A stretch of 64,000 nt of DNA, from positions 1-64,000 of the forward strand of contig JAXMOL010000005.1 of NCBI GenBank assembly GCA_034669905.1, in the 5' to 3' direction. The notes beneath the pieces are model-generated. The model saw only the letters and a program-made list of their open reading frames with translations, had not been told where the DNA came from and did no database searches. Positions 20,551-29,799 of the stretch are shown piece by piece. Both the position numbers and the translations under genes were made by a program. How positions within the stretch are numbered: the first letter of the stretch is position 1; the number at the start of each line of letters is the position of its first letter. The DNA comes from Candidatus Hydrogenedentota bacterium (GTDB taxonomy: Bacteria > Hydrogenedentota > Hydrogenedentia > Hydrogenedentales > JAEUWI01).

Positions 20551-20634
20551 CGCCTTAGCGCCGATAGCACCGCGGAGTGCGCCTATCGTACCACTGCTAT
20601 CGGCAGGCCTTTTTCCACTCAGGCTACTGCTCTT

Positions 20635-20668
20635 CCCCCCAAGGCTTGCTCTCGGGCACCTTGGGGGG
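20635..20668. terminator. Hairpin between convergent genes
   Basis: CCCCCCAAGG ... CCTTGGGGGG perfect 10-bp inverted repeat. Confidence 0.45.
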
Positions 20669-20672
20669 CGCT

Positions 20673-21341
20673 TTATTGCTCGAGGCCCGCGTCCGGGCGG
20701 AGTGAGATGAGGACCTCGTCAAATCGGGTCTCCACCTGAAGCCACGGCGCGGCTTCGGCGAGCACACGCCGCAAGAATTCCTCCAGGCTTAGCTCCGGCG
20801 TGACCGTGACCGTCACCTCTCGTTGCTTCGACGGCAGTGCCTGCAGCGCTTCGTCGATCGTGATCGTGATGTTGTGTTCCGATGCGACCTCCTCCAGCAG
20901 AGAAACCAGGTCGCGATCGGTATAGACACGCTTACGGTCCACCATGGCGGCAGCCAGCCGCTTGGAAAAGATCGGACTGATTTTTCGGGCAGGAAGCAAC
21001 TCTTGCGCGGGCGGTGGTGGAGCGTCACCGGGGCTCTCATCGATGGATTCCCTCGGCGCATAGATGACCTCAGTTACCTGTCCCGCTGGCAAAATCAGGG
21101 GCTCCTTCCCCGGGAGCACCTCAACACGCACGTCAATCGACGTCTCGCTGAGCACCCGTAATCCCCGGAGCGAGAGTCCCGAACGTAATACGACGCGATC
21201 CCCCGGCGACGCGACGCTGGTCTGCGCCTTCACCGGGGAAGTTGGCCGGTCAGACCGGGTGCCACTTTCGGCATAGCCCTGTGCAGCGCATGCCAGCAGA
21301 ATAACGAATACCGTCTTCAATGTGATCCACCTCAGTTCCAA
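20673..21341 (-). CDS. Hypothetical exported protein (C-terminus reminiscent of STN-type domains)
   Basis: Signal peptide ending AQGYA and a DLVSLLEEVA..NITITID..LSLEEFLRRVL pattern. Confidence 0.6.
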   Translation of the reverse strand: MELRWITLKTVFVILLACAAQGYAESGTRSDRPTSPVKAQTSVASPGDRVVLRSGLSLRGLRVLSETSIDVRVEVLPGKEPLILPAGQVTEVIYAPRESIDESPGDAPPPPAQELLPARKISPIFSKRLAAAMVDRKRVYTDRDLVSLLEEVASEHNITITIDEALQALPSKQREVTVTVTPELSLEEFLRRVLAEAAPWLQVETRFDEVLISLRPDAGLEQ

Positions 21342-21506
21342 CTTCTCATTCTAAGAGGGCGACCGACGGGAGTCAAACACATGCGCGCATTTGGCGCCTA
21401 CATGTGCGGGAGTCTTGTATCCGTGCTGCGTTCTGCCTACAATAGACACAGGCGCAGGATGTCCATCGGGATGTCTTTCACTCAATCCGCTTTTCGGGAG
21501 GCCGTG

Positions 21507-21884
21507 ATGGCAACGATACTGATTGCAACAATGGACAGCACCGACTACTCCACCCTTTCGGCAGAAATTGAAGGCGAAGGGCACGACGTGTTGTGGGCCA
21601 GCAATGGCCAGGAAGCGATTGAACTGACCCTGGCGCATCAGCCTGCCGTTGCCTTTATCGACACCAATTTGACGCTCTTCAATGGCTTTGAAGTGGCCGA
21701 AATACTTCGCGGCGATCCGGACGTCCCCCGGGACATGCCCCTACTGGCATTCACCGATGAAGCCATCGAGCCCCATCGTTTCGATGCGGTCGGCTTTACC
21801 GAGCAGTTCCCCAAAACCCACGCCTATCAGGCGGTACGCGAGTTGATGAGCCGTTTTGCCGACCGGGGTACGCCCACCACCTGA
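21507..21884 (+). CDS. Stand-alone receiver-domain protein (atypical acidic pocket)
   Basis: GGAGG RBS, ASNGQEAIEL, FID (phospho-Asp), NGFEVAEILR, AFT and FPK. The first acidic pair reads MD. Confidence 0.8.
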   Translation: MATILIATMDSTDYSTLSAEIEGEGHDVLWASNGQEAIELTLAHQPAVAFIDTNLTLFNGFEVAEILRGDPDVPRDMPLLAFTDEAIEPHRFDAVGFTEQFPKTHAYQAVRELMSRFADRGTPTT

Positions 21885-21925
21885 GTTCGTCCCCCCCTTC
21901 GCGGCACCCAACGTGGACGGCGCGC

Positions 21926-23875
21926 TCAGGGCCCGAAATTCCGGGTTACCTGTGACTTGCCAGACAGAATCTCCCCTATGCGATCGCGCATGGCACGGCG
22001 CATGGCCACGCCGGCATCGGTGACGTCAAACCCTTCCGCCCCGGCTCCCGGGAAGAAGCCCGCCGGCGGGGATAGCTCCTTGCGGGCCACCCGCTCCCAG
22101 AAGATCTGCAGGTACTCATAGTCCTCCAGGCCGTCCCGAAACGCAAACAGACGGCGGGTGGGCAGCGGGTGATTCACGCCCATCGCAATGAGGGCCCCCG
22201 GCCCGGGGGCATTCAGCGCGGGCCCCAACACGCCGTGAAAGCCCAAGGTCCAGCAGCGCCATGCCAGGGCCCGGGCCGACCTGCCCTGGCCAGCCTGCCA
22301 CACGGTATAGCCATCGTCCGTACCATCCAGCCAGGGAGCATGAGATGGAACGGCCGTCTCCTGCGTCTCCAGCGTGGGATTGTTAAACAGGATCTCCGCA
22401 ACCGCGGGAAGCGCGGCACCATCAGGCCGCCCATCGAAGCGCAGGCGCACCGCCAGACACTCCCGGGGATATCGGAAGGTACCTTGCACGACGCTATTCC
22501 CCAGCGGGCTGGCTTCGGACTGAGCCTCCCAGGATACCGTTGCGACAGTAAATTCGCCCGGCACATAGGCCGTCTCCACCTGGACACCCTCCCACGATGC
22601 ACCGGGAAGCGTCAGCACGGTCAGCTGGGCCAGCCGAACATGGGCGCGAAAGCTGATCTCCAGCCACGGGTAGGGCACTTCCTCCGATGCGTCCGCCTGC
22701 CAATACGTTACTTCACTGCCGTCCACGGTTTCAGAAGCGAGGGTCTGATAGGTGGCTGTCTTGTCCAGCGTGCCCGCACTTCCGATACACAGTCCGACGT
22801 CCTGCTGCTCGTATTGTTTCAGGGATTGACCAGAACGCAGGCGTCCCAATACCGCGGGATCGGTAGCGACCGGAAGGGCCCAGATATCGGCATACCGTTC
22901 AAAATAAGGGTGGGCCGGAGCTGCCAGTATGCGTTGAACGTGCGCATCTGCCCGGGCGAATCGGGCATAACCCTGGCGCACCGAATTCCACGTCGTTCGC
23001 GGGCCCACATCCATGGGCTGGGCAACCCGTTTCAGCGCCCCGGCGACGGCCGGCAGGCGGGCCTGGGTCTTGTACAACTGAAGCTGCAGACCATCCTGGG
23101 GTTCGGTGGCGCTTGCTTCGGGAAATTGGTCCAACAAGATACCGGGCTTTCCCCCCACGTCAACCAGGCCCGGTGCCCCCGTCGCGGCCACGTAGTTCAG
23201 ATGGGCCTGTAAGTCCGCTTCATCCGCAAGGGTCCCGTCGGAATGGGTATCAAACCAGACCCGGTAGCCAATACCCAGGCTCTGCAACGTGTCGTAGACC
23301 GGGATCCAGGCATCCAAATCGCCAAACGAGAGTCCATAGGTCGCGGCCAGGGCCTGCAGGTCCAGGTCGAAGAGCGTCGCGAGACTGTGGGCCTCCGGCA
23401 AGACAACGTCATAAACAACCAAAGGGAAGTCACTGCTAAGCACGGCCCCATCTTCAAACTCCAGACGCAGGTCCGCACGGTAGTCCCCCGGCACCGCGTC
23501 TACGGGCACCTCGAGCTGAAGGACAATTTCGAAGGAAACACCCGCTGGAATACCCACCGCTTCCAGGGGCACCAGCGCATCGGTGACCTGGGGCGCGCCA
23601 GGAAGTAAATCCTCTGCAGTGGCCCCACGGTACCATGTGGCCATCGGACCCGATTTTCCCTTCCATTGGAGGGTCCAGGAGACCAACTTCCGCTCCTTAT
23701 CGACACTCGGAATGCGTAGCGTAATCATTTCAAACTCACTGGCGGCGGCCGCAGGCGTTATACCGGAACCGGCCTCGTCTAAGGAGAGCGAGCCGGAGCG
23801 GAGATAGTCTTCGGACAACACGAGCGAAGCGCCCGAGAAGCAAAGTAAGAGTGAGAATGCCGTTGACCCGAGCAT
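21926..23875 (-). CDS. Exported DUF4091 (GH123-like) protein with an inserted F5/8-type-C-like module
   Basis: Signal peptide, VPVDAVPGDYRA, VDGSEVTYWQ..PWLEISF insertion and C-terminal RDGLEDYEYL. Confidence 0.65.
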   Translation of the reverse strand: MLGSTAFSLLLCFSGASLVLSEDYLRSGSLSLDEAGSGITPAAAASEFEMITLRIPSVDKERKLVSWTLQWKGKSGPMATWYRGATAEDLLPGAPQVTDALVPLEAVGIPAGVSFEIVLQLEVPVDAVPGDYRADLRLEFEDGAVLSSDFPLVVYDVVLPEAHSLATLFDLDLQALAATYGLSFGDLDAWIPVYDTLQSLGIGYRVWFDTHSDGTLADEADLQAHLNYVAATGAPGLVDVGGKPGILLDQFPEASATEPQDGLQLQLYKTQARLPAVAGALKRVAQPMDVGPRTTWNSVRQGYARFARADAHVQRILAAPAHPYFERYADIWALPVATDPAVLGRLRSGQSLKQYEQQDVGLCIGSAGTLDKTATYQTLASETVDGSEVTYWQADASEEVPYPWLEISFRAHVRLAQLTVLTLPGASWEGVQVETAYVPGEFTVATVSWEAQSEASPLGNSVVQGTFRYPRECLAVRLRFDGRPDGAALPAVAEILFNNPTLETQETAVPSHAPWLDGTDDGYTVWQAGQGRSARALAWRCWTLGFHGVLGPALNAPGPGALIAMGVNHPLPTRRLFAFRDGLEDYEYLQIFWERVARKELSPPAGFFPGAGAEGFDVTDAGVAMRRAMRDRIGEILSGKSQVTRNFGP

Positions 23876-23904
23876 AGCGGTGAGAATCCCTGGATAGTCT
23901 AGAT

Positions 23905-23939
23905 AAAACGATAGCCGAGGACACCGTGTCCTCGGCTAT
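23905..23939 (-). terminator. Intrinsic terminator after the prepilin-like gene
   Basis: Perfect inverted repeat ATAGCCGAGGACAC/GTGTCCTCGGCTAT, followed on the minus strand by CGTTTTA. Confidence 0.7.
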
Positions 23940-23976
23940 AGGGTACACCAAACAGTGATGTTGTGCTTAATTCAAC

Positions 23977-24984
23977 TTAGAAGAGCGAAACCAGTACGCC
24001 AAAGGCGCGGGTGGTCGGGAAAGAAGAAGGATACTTCTGGAATTCCACGTGCCCATCCATGAACAGCCAATTGGAGCCACCGGGGATGTGGTTGTAATCC
24101 ACCGTGTCCAGGCTGACCAAGTCGCCAAGGACCGGAATGGTACTCTGCGCCTGGCTCGAACCAGCCGGGTTGTTAATATCCGTGATGAAGAAGCGCTCAA
24201 TGCCTTCACGGGTACGCTGAATCTCGATGCCAGAATTGTCAATGTTATCGTCGTAGGCGTTCTCGAAGTTGACAGGATCCGCGGACCAAGCCGTTATATT
24301 CGCCGTAACCGTGTTCTGGATGGCGGCCACGAAGCCCGCCTGGATATAGGGACCTACTGCGGCCGGACCGGCCGGAATGGCTCCATCATTGGGATCCACA
24401 CCGTCCACCAGATAATCCTGGCCCCCTCTGCCACTCATGGCCCATCCGAGGTAGAGATAGGATTCTGCCGTCAGCCCGCAGGGGTCAACCGTACCCTCAA
24501 GGGGAAGACCGGCTTCTTGTTCAAACCAATAGCCCGCGCCACCAAGTACTTCGGCACCACCGCCGTCCGACGGGCACACCATGGTATTCACATCGGTGAG
24601 GTATTCCGGATAGACCGAGGGACCGTCAAAAACGAATTCCGTGTCCGGGGAGTTTCCTGCAGGCTGTCCCAGTCCGGGAGGTGCCGGATTGGGGTATTGA
24701 CATTCGAGATCGTTGGGCCGACCATAGTCTGCGGTCGTACCACCGCCCGCCGGCGAACTGATTACCCAGGACTGGCGTTGGGCCATCGGGGGAAACTTTT
24801 CGCCCTTGGACTCGTTGGCGTACATCTTAAAGACCACGCCAAGCTGTTTGAGATTGTTTTGGCAGCTGGCGCGACGGGCCGCTTCACGGGCACGGGCCAG
24901 CGCTGGGAGTAGGATCGCGGCGAGGATGCCAATGATCGCGATAACAACCAGCAACTCTATGAGGGTGAAACCTTGTTTTTTCAT
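23977..24984 (-). CDS. Prepilin-type N-terminal cleavage/methylation protein, DUF1559 / H-X9-DG-type
   Basis: [43 protein letters not shown] and C-terminal [26 protein letters not shown]. Confidence 0.92.
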   Translation of the reverse strand: MKKQGFTLIELLVVIAIIGILAAILLPALARAREAARRASCQNNLKQLGVVFKMYANESKGEKFPPMAQRQSWVISSPAGGGTTADYGRPNDLECQYPNPAPPGLGQPAGNSPDTEFVFDGPSVYPEYLTDVNTMVCPSDGGGAEVLGGAGYWFEQEAGLPLEGTVDPCGLTAESYLYLGWAMSGRGGQDYLVDGVDPNDGAIPAGPAAVGPYIQAGFVAAIQNTVTANITAWSADPVNFENAYDDNIDNSGIEIQRTREGIERFFITDINNPAGSSQAQSTIPVLGDLVSLDTVDYNHIPGGSNWLFMDGHVEFQKYPSSFPTTRAFGVLVSLF

Positions 24985-25200
24985 CGTATTCAAAGCCTCC
25001 TAAGCCTTACAAAGATGAATGCGGTTTACAAACTGTCTAATCGAAAATCTCTGAATTTGATAGGTCCGACACAATCTCCTTTCGCCGCACTGCGGCTTCG
25101 CGAACGACAGCCAAAACCACGCGGTACTGCTTCCTGATGTAATAAGAACACTACTTAACGGACGGTATATGCTAACGGTGCAGTCCGCGATAACTTATTC

Positions 25201-25229
25201 AATGTATCCCAGGTAGTAGGTTTTGTCAA
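25201..25229 (-). promoter_or_regulatory. Sigma-70-type promoter for the DUF1559 gene, implying a ~210-nt leader
   Basis: Minus strand TTGACA-N17-TACATT in an AT-rich interval. Confidence 0.6.
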
Positions 25230-25430
25230 CGGAATAATATGGTCTATTATCACTATTATCACTAAAACGCATGAGATGTGCCAAATGACACCTGGTGTCT
25301 ATCTTTCTGCCAAGAAATCTTCACACGATTCTACATCTTGTCCGCTTAGTGTCCCAATAACGTCACCTTTGCCCGTCTGCCCCGAGGAACGGACCGGCCC
25401 CACCCTCCCTGGGCACGGGCCTTCCAAAGG

Positions 25431-25829
25431 CTAGTCTCCGCCCCCTATCGAAACCCAGACGCGGCGACGGCGAGGGCCGTCAAACTCACAAAAATAGATT
25501 GATTGCCAGGTGCCGAACTGAAGGCGTCCGTCCCGAATAAAGACCATCTCGGAGAATCCCATCATACTCGCCTTCACATGGGCGGCAGCGTTGCCTTCTG
25601 CATGGGCATAGCCCCCCTCCCACGGCACCGCCCGCTCCAGGATGAGCTCCATATCGGCCACCACATCCGGGTCGGCATTTTCATTGATCGTAATGCCGGC
25701 TGTCGTGTGCGGCACAAATAACTGCACCACGCCGTTGCGAATGCCCGACGCATCCACGCAGCGTTGCACGGCCGCGTCGATGTTAATAAAGGCCGTATGT
25801 TCGTGTGAAATTACTTCCAGTTCGGTCAT
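25431..25829 (-). CDS. yjbQ: YjbQ/UPF0047 family protein
   Basis: PHTTAGITINENADPDV, HAEGNAAAHVK and GTWQSIYFCEFDGPR. Confidence 0.92.
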   Translation of the reverse strand: MTELEVISHEHTAFINIDAAVQRCVDASGIRNGVVQLFVPHTTAGITINENADPDVVADMELILERAVPWEGGYAHAEGNAAAHVKASMMGFSEMVFIRDGRLQFGTWQSIYFCEFDGPRRRRVWVSIGGGD

Positions 25830-25836
25830 GGCAGTC

Positions 25837-27531
25837 TTAGAGCTCCATCTGATTCAAATTGCGTAGTCCCAGCCGCATGGGGAGCCAGGTGCACAGAAGA
25901 CCCAGCGCCGTGATGGCCAGGACGGCAAATCCGAGGGCCATCTGAAATTGCTGTTCACTGTGGAAGAGACCCAGCACCTTCCACTGGAGTACCAGGACCT
26001 GGAGGGTCACCAGGCAAATCACGAATGCCACGCTGGATAAGAGATTTAAGGTGCCCCCCATGCCCGAAACGATACGGGCCGGGTTATCTTCGGTAAACGT
26101 TGGGTACAAGGCCCCGAAGCCCACGGCCATCCCTGAGAGTCCCAGATTCGCCACGAGGACACTGTAGACCGTCAACACATAGTGAAGGGGTTGCAGCGCC
26201 AGCATGTAGCCGGAAAGCAAGGCCAGACCCACGGTAAAGCAGGACGTGAGCGACACACTCAGCCAGAATTTCTGCCAGATAAGCTGCCGAAAGGTCAGGG
26301 GGGCCAGTCCCAGGATCCAGATGCGCCGCCCTTCCAGACTAATCAGGGGGAAAACGAATCGGCTCGTAAGGGTGGCCACGATAAGTGTTACGGCCCCCAC
26401 ATTCAGACAGGCAATCCACCCCCGCCAGAACTCATTTTCATAGAGCCGTGTCGTATTTCGAATGTTCGCAATGTAAATGGCCATGATGCCGAAGAAAATA
26501 GCAAACTGCGACCATTGGGTTGGGTCCCGCCAGAAGAGCTTGATGTCTTTTTGAAACAGGGCCCGATAGGGTTCTTTCACGGGCCGAAGTGCAGCGCCCA
26601 ACCAGGCCAGCGGTCCCTTATCCATGGGCTTGATGCGCTGTTTGTCTTGTCCCATGAGATAGGACCAGCCCGAATAGAAAACCAGGTCGGCCAGCCGCCC
26701 TGTGAGAAACACAACAAAAAGGGCGGTGGACAACAACATGGCAAACCAGAAGAGGGCTTCGGAGAAATTTCCGTCTCCCGCCACGCGGAGCCCTTGTGCG
26801 GCCCAGTGACTGGGCAGAAAGGGGGACTGGGTGCTGTCCATGGCCTGCAGGATAGCGGGCATGGTGGTCGACTCCGAGAAGCGGGCCTCCCGGATTACGG
26901 AGCGGATGTAGGCGAAAAAGGAAAGGACGGCGGCACCGCCCAACAGGGCAATGGTGGGGGTATTCATCCGTGGGAAAAACCGTACGAGCACCATCGTAGT
27001 GGCCGCACCCATGCATGCGGGGATAATGACAAACGGCAAGAAGTACAGCACTATAGCCACGTAGAATATGGCGTTGGCCTGGGTGTTCCACGCATATGCC
27101 ACCATCATCGGAGACCCGAGATAGGCCAGAGACCAGGAGCTGAAAGACACACTCTCGATGAAGCGGGCGTAGAAGAAATCCGTGTAGCTGATCGGACCCT
27201 GCAGGAGATAGCTCACCTCTTTGGAACGATAGAGGGTGGAAAAAGCGACGAGGGTATTGGAAAAAACGAGGAGGATAAAAATAGACAGGGCGAAGATATT
27301 GAGACTTTGTCGCAAGAGGGCCTTGCCGAATACGAACTCACCACCCCCCTGCCCACCAAAGTAAATCAGCCAACCGAACCCTTTATTGAAGAGGAAGAGT
27401 GCCGCAAACCAGAGGGCCAATGCGGCAACGGTCAGCACGGCCACCTTCAGTTTGGACTGATGCCGTACCGAGGCGATCTGATGCCCGGCAATTCGGGCTT
27501 TCATTAGAATGACTACCCCGACCTGGTTCAT
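25837..27531 (-). CDS. ABC-2-type exporter permease (large, polytopic)
   Basis: Many TM helices, PFLPSHW, KDIKLFWRDPTQWSQ and SLEGRRIWIL. ATGA overlap with the ATPase gene. Confidence 0.85.
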   Translation of the reverse strand: MNQVGVVILMKARIAGHQIASVRHQSKLKVAVLTVAALALWFAALFLFNKGFGWLIYFGGQGGGEFVFGKALLRQSLNIFALSIFILLVFSNTLVAFSTLYRSKEVSYLLQGPISYTDFFYARFIESVSFSSWSLAYLGSPMMVAYAWNTQANAIFYVAIVLYFLPFVIIPACMGAATTMVLVRFFPRMNTPTIALLGGAAVLSFFAYIRSVIREARFSESTTMPAILQAMDSTQSPFLPSHWAAQGLRVAGDGNFSEALFWFAMLLSTALFVVFLTGRLADLVFYSGWSYLMGQDKQRIKPMDKGPLAWLGAALRPVKEPYRALFQKDIKLFWRDPTQWSQFAIFFGIMAIYIANIRNTTRLYENEFWRGWIACLNVGAVTLIVATLTSRFVFPLISLEGRRIWILGLAPLTFRQLIWQKFWLSVSLTSCFTVGLALLSGYMLALQPLHYVLTVYSVLVANLGLSGMAVGFGALYPTFTEDNPARIVSGMGGTLNLLSSVAFVICLVTLQVLVLQWKVLGLFHSEQQFQMALGFAVLAITALGLLCTWLPMRLGLRNLNQMEL

Positions 27532-28271
27532 TGGGCTGGCACTTCTTCGTCGGTGCGGGTCAGGGTGAGGAAGATATCTTCCAACGAACCGGGTCGCTCG
27601 TGGAGCGCCTTGATTTCGTCCACACTCCCGAGCTGAAGGAGCTTGCCATGATTGATGATACCAATCTTATCGGCTACTTCCTCCGCGATACTGAGTGTGT
27701 GGGTCGACATGAAGACCGTAAGGCCTTCTGTACGGGTCTTCTCCTTCAGAAAATCCTTTACGAAGCGGATGTTCTTGGGATCCAGCCCCACCCAGGGTTC
27801 ATCCACGATGACCACCTTGGGGTCATGAAGAAAGCAGGAGGCAAAAGAGAGCTTCTGGCGCATCCCATGACTATAGTCTTCGACAAGCTGATCCCCCACA
27901 TGGGCAATCTCGAACATTTCGAGGAGTTCCTCGCAATGGGTCTGGTAGTAGTCTTCCGGCACCTGATAGAGCCCGGCGACAAAGCGCATGAACTCACGGC
28001 CCGTCAGCTTGTCATAGAGGAAGGGATGATCGGGCACATAACCCATCAGTTTTTTGGCGGCGACTGGATCCTCCTGCACATCGATCCCCCCCACCCGGAC
28101 CGTCCCCGAACTGGGCCGAAGGAGGCCCGTCATCATCTTAATGGTCGTCGTCTTTCCGGCGCCATTGGGGCCGAGGAAGCAGAAAAAAGTACCCGACTCG
28201 ATATCGAGATCCAAGGGAGACACGGCAAGCTTTTCGCCGAAATGCTTGGTCAACTGCGTGGTTTGGATCAT
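27528..28271 (-). CDS. ABC transporter ATP-binding protein
   Basis: Walker A GPNGAGKTT, signature YSHGMRQK, Walker B VIVDEP and H-loop STH. Confidence 0.95.
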   Translation of the reverse strand: MIQTTQLTKHFGEKLAVSPLDLDIESGTFFCFLGPNGAGKTTTIKMMTGLLRPSSGTVRVGGIDVQEDPVAAKKLMGYVPDHPFLYDKLTGREFMRFVAGLYQVPEDYYQTHCEELLEMFEIAHVGDQLVEDYSHGMRQKLSFASCFLHDPKVVIVDEPWVGLDPKNIRFVKDFLKEKTRTEGLTVFMSTHTLSIAEEVADKIGIINHGKLLQLGSVDEIKALHERPGSLEDIFLTLTRTDEEVPAQ

Positions 28272-28317
28272 AGATCTCCTTCCGGCGCCCGGGTTCAATC
28301 CTTATCTAAACGACTGA

Positions 28318-29799
28318 CTACTCGCAGGCGATGACGTCCAATTCAATCTGACCAATGAAGGTAATGAGCTGAGCCCACGCACTGATGCTGCCGTTCAGCA
28401 ACTTGATGTGGGTGGCGTCGGCGGCCTCCTGCCCCAGGGTGGGGTCCATGGGATACCACTGTTGGCCAAGATAGACTTCCGGCCAGGCATGATATCCGAA
28501 GCCGTTTAGGGTGTCGCTGTAGACCAGCCCAATCGCAATGCGTGTCGGAATGCCCACTGCACGGGCCAGCGCCGTGTAGAGCACCGTATGTTCGTTGCAG
28601 TCGCCCGTTCGTGTACGCAGCACATCCAGGGCATTGGGAACGCTCAGGACGGGAATCTTCTCGATTTCATCGTAGACCCATGTGTAAAGTAACCGGGCCT
28701 GTTTGGCGGGATCGCGCTCGTCGCCGACGATGGCCCGGGCCTCCGTCTGAATTGCGGGGTGGTCGGTCGCGACGAAGGCATCCGCCCCCAGGTAGGCGTC
28801 CAATTCGGCCCCATCCATGAAGGGGGCCTCGTCCGGCAAAGCGTCGGGCTGACGCATCGTCAGCCTGTCACCCTCTCGGATTTGCCAGGGCGGGTCATGG
28901 GGAAATTCTTCTTCGGGAACCCCCGTCACCCGCACGACGAGTCGCGTGGCATCAACATGGACCGGTGCTCCGGTTGGGTGGATAGCGAGCCCCTGTATCA
29001 GGTCGCTTTCGGAGCCCAGGTCTGCCGCATCGGCCAACTCTTTCGGATCAATCTTACGAAGCGTAAATCCAAAGGGCGTGCTGGCCTGAAGCACTTCCCC
29101 CGCAGCATCTACCCAGGCTTCACTGGTCATGCTACCCAGGACCGTCTCATAGACCCGCGCATCCACAGGCTCGCCGCTGATTTCCAGGGTATCCAAGCGG
29201 GTACAGGTGATGGTCGCGTTGGCAATTTTCATCGAAACGGGGTCGAAGGACTCCACGGTGGTCGACTCGCCTACCTCCAGGACGGGCATACTATCAGAGG
29301 GCAATCCCATACCACTGCCGAGCACGAGCCGGGAATCAATGGGAAGGTCTAAGGGTATCGCTTCCCCACCTGTGTCGAGAAAGCCCTTCAGGTGACCCTC
29401 CGACACCGTACCCCGCAGTCCCATATGGGTATCCGAGGCATCCATCGAAAAATCGAACTCCGCCCGCTCGCCCGATTGTGCGGTCCAGGCGTCACCCGAG
29501 ATTTCCATCCCGACGACGGTGCCAAAGAGCGCCGTCTCCAGCGAAGCGTCCAGCAGCATCCGATAGCCCGGCACATCGGCGCGCGTCGCTTCTTCGCTCC
29601 GCATGCGCAGGTAGCCGACCCGGCTGTCCCCGTTCAGATAGATCCCCATCCACTGGTCCCGGGGGACAAACGCCCCTTCCGCACCCGTGGCGCCGGGGGA
29701 CGCAGGTCCCCCGAATTCCCGCTGAAGGAATAGTCCCATCATAACGAGCCAGAAGCCCGTTATGAGCAGCGCAATTATACGGCGTTGCGTCCGCAACAC
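28318..29799 (-). CDS. Membrane-anchored transglutaminase-like (Cys-His-Asp) protein
   Basis: N-terminal TM, GDCNEH, YHAWPEVY and WYPMDPT. The GTG start overlaps the secA end by 25 bp; start uncertain. Confidence 0.88.
   Translation of the reverse strand: MLRTQRRIIALLITGFWLVMMGLFLQREFGGPASPGATGAEGAFVPRDQWMGIYLNGDSRVGYLRMRSEEATRADVPGYRMLLDASLETALFGTVVGMEISGDAWTAQSGERAEFDFSMDASDTHMGLRGTVSEGHLKGFLDTGGEAIPLDLPIDSRLVLGSGMGLPSDSMPVLEVGESTTVESFDPVSMKIANATITCTRLDTLEISGEPVDARVYETVLGSMTSEAWVDAAGEVLQASTPFGFTLRKIDPKELADAADLGSESDLIQGLAIHPTGAPVHVDATRLVVRVTGVPEEEFPHDPPWQIREGDRLTMRQPDALPDEAPFMDGAELDAYLGADAFVATDHPAIQTEARAIVGDERDPAKQARLLYTWVYDEIEKIPVLSVPNALDVLRTRTGDCNEHTVLYTALARAVGIPTRIAIGLVYSDTLNGFGYHAWPEVYLGQQWYPMDPTLGQEAADATHIKLLNGSISAWAQLITFIGQIELDVIACE

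Noticed and set aside
25037..25072. 11-aa leader peptide MSDLSNSEIFD on the minus strand
   Set aside because: The SD-to-GTG spacing is only 3 nt and there is no attenuator-type codon run.
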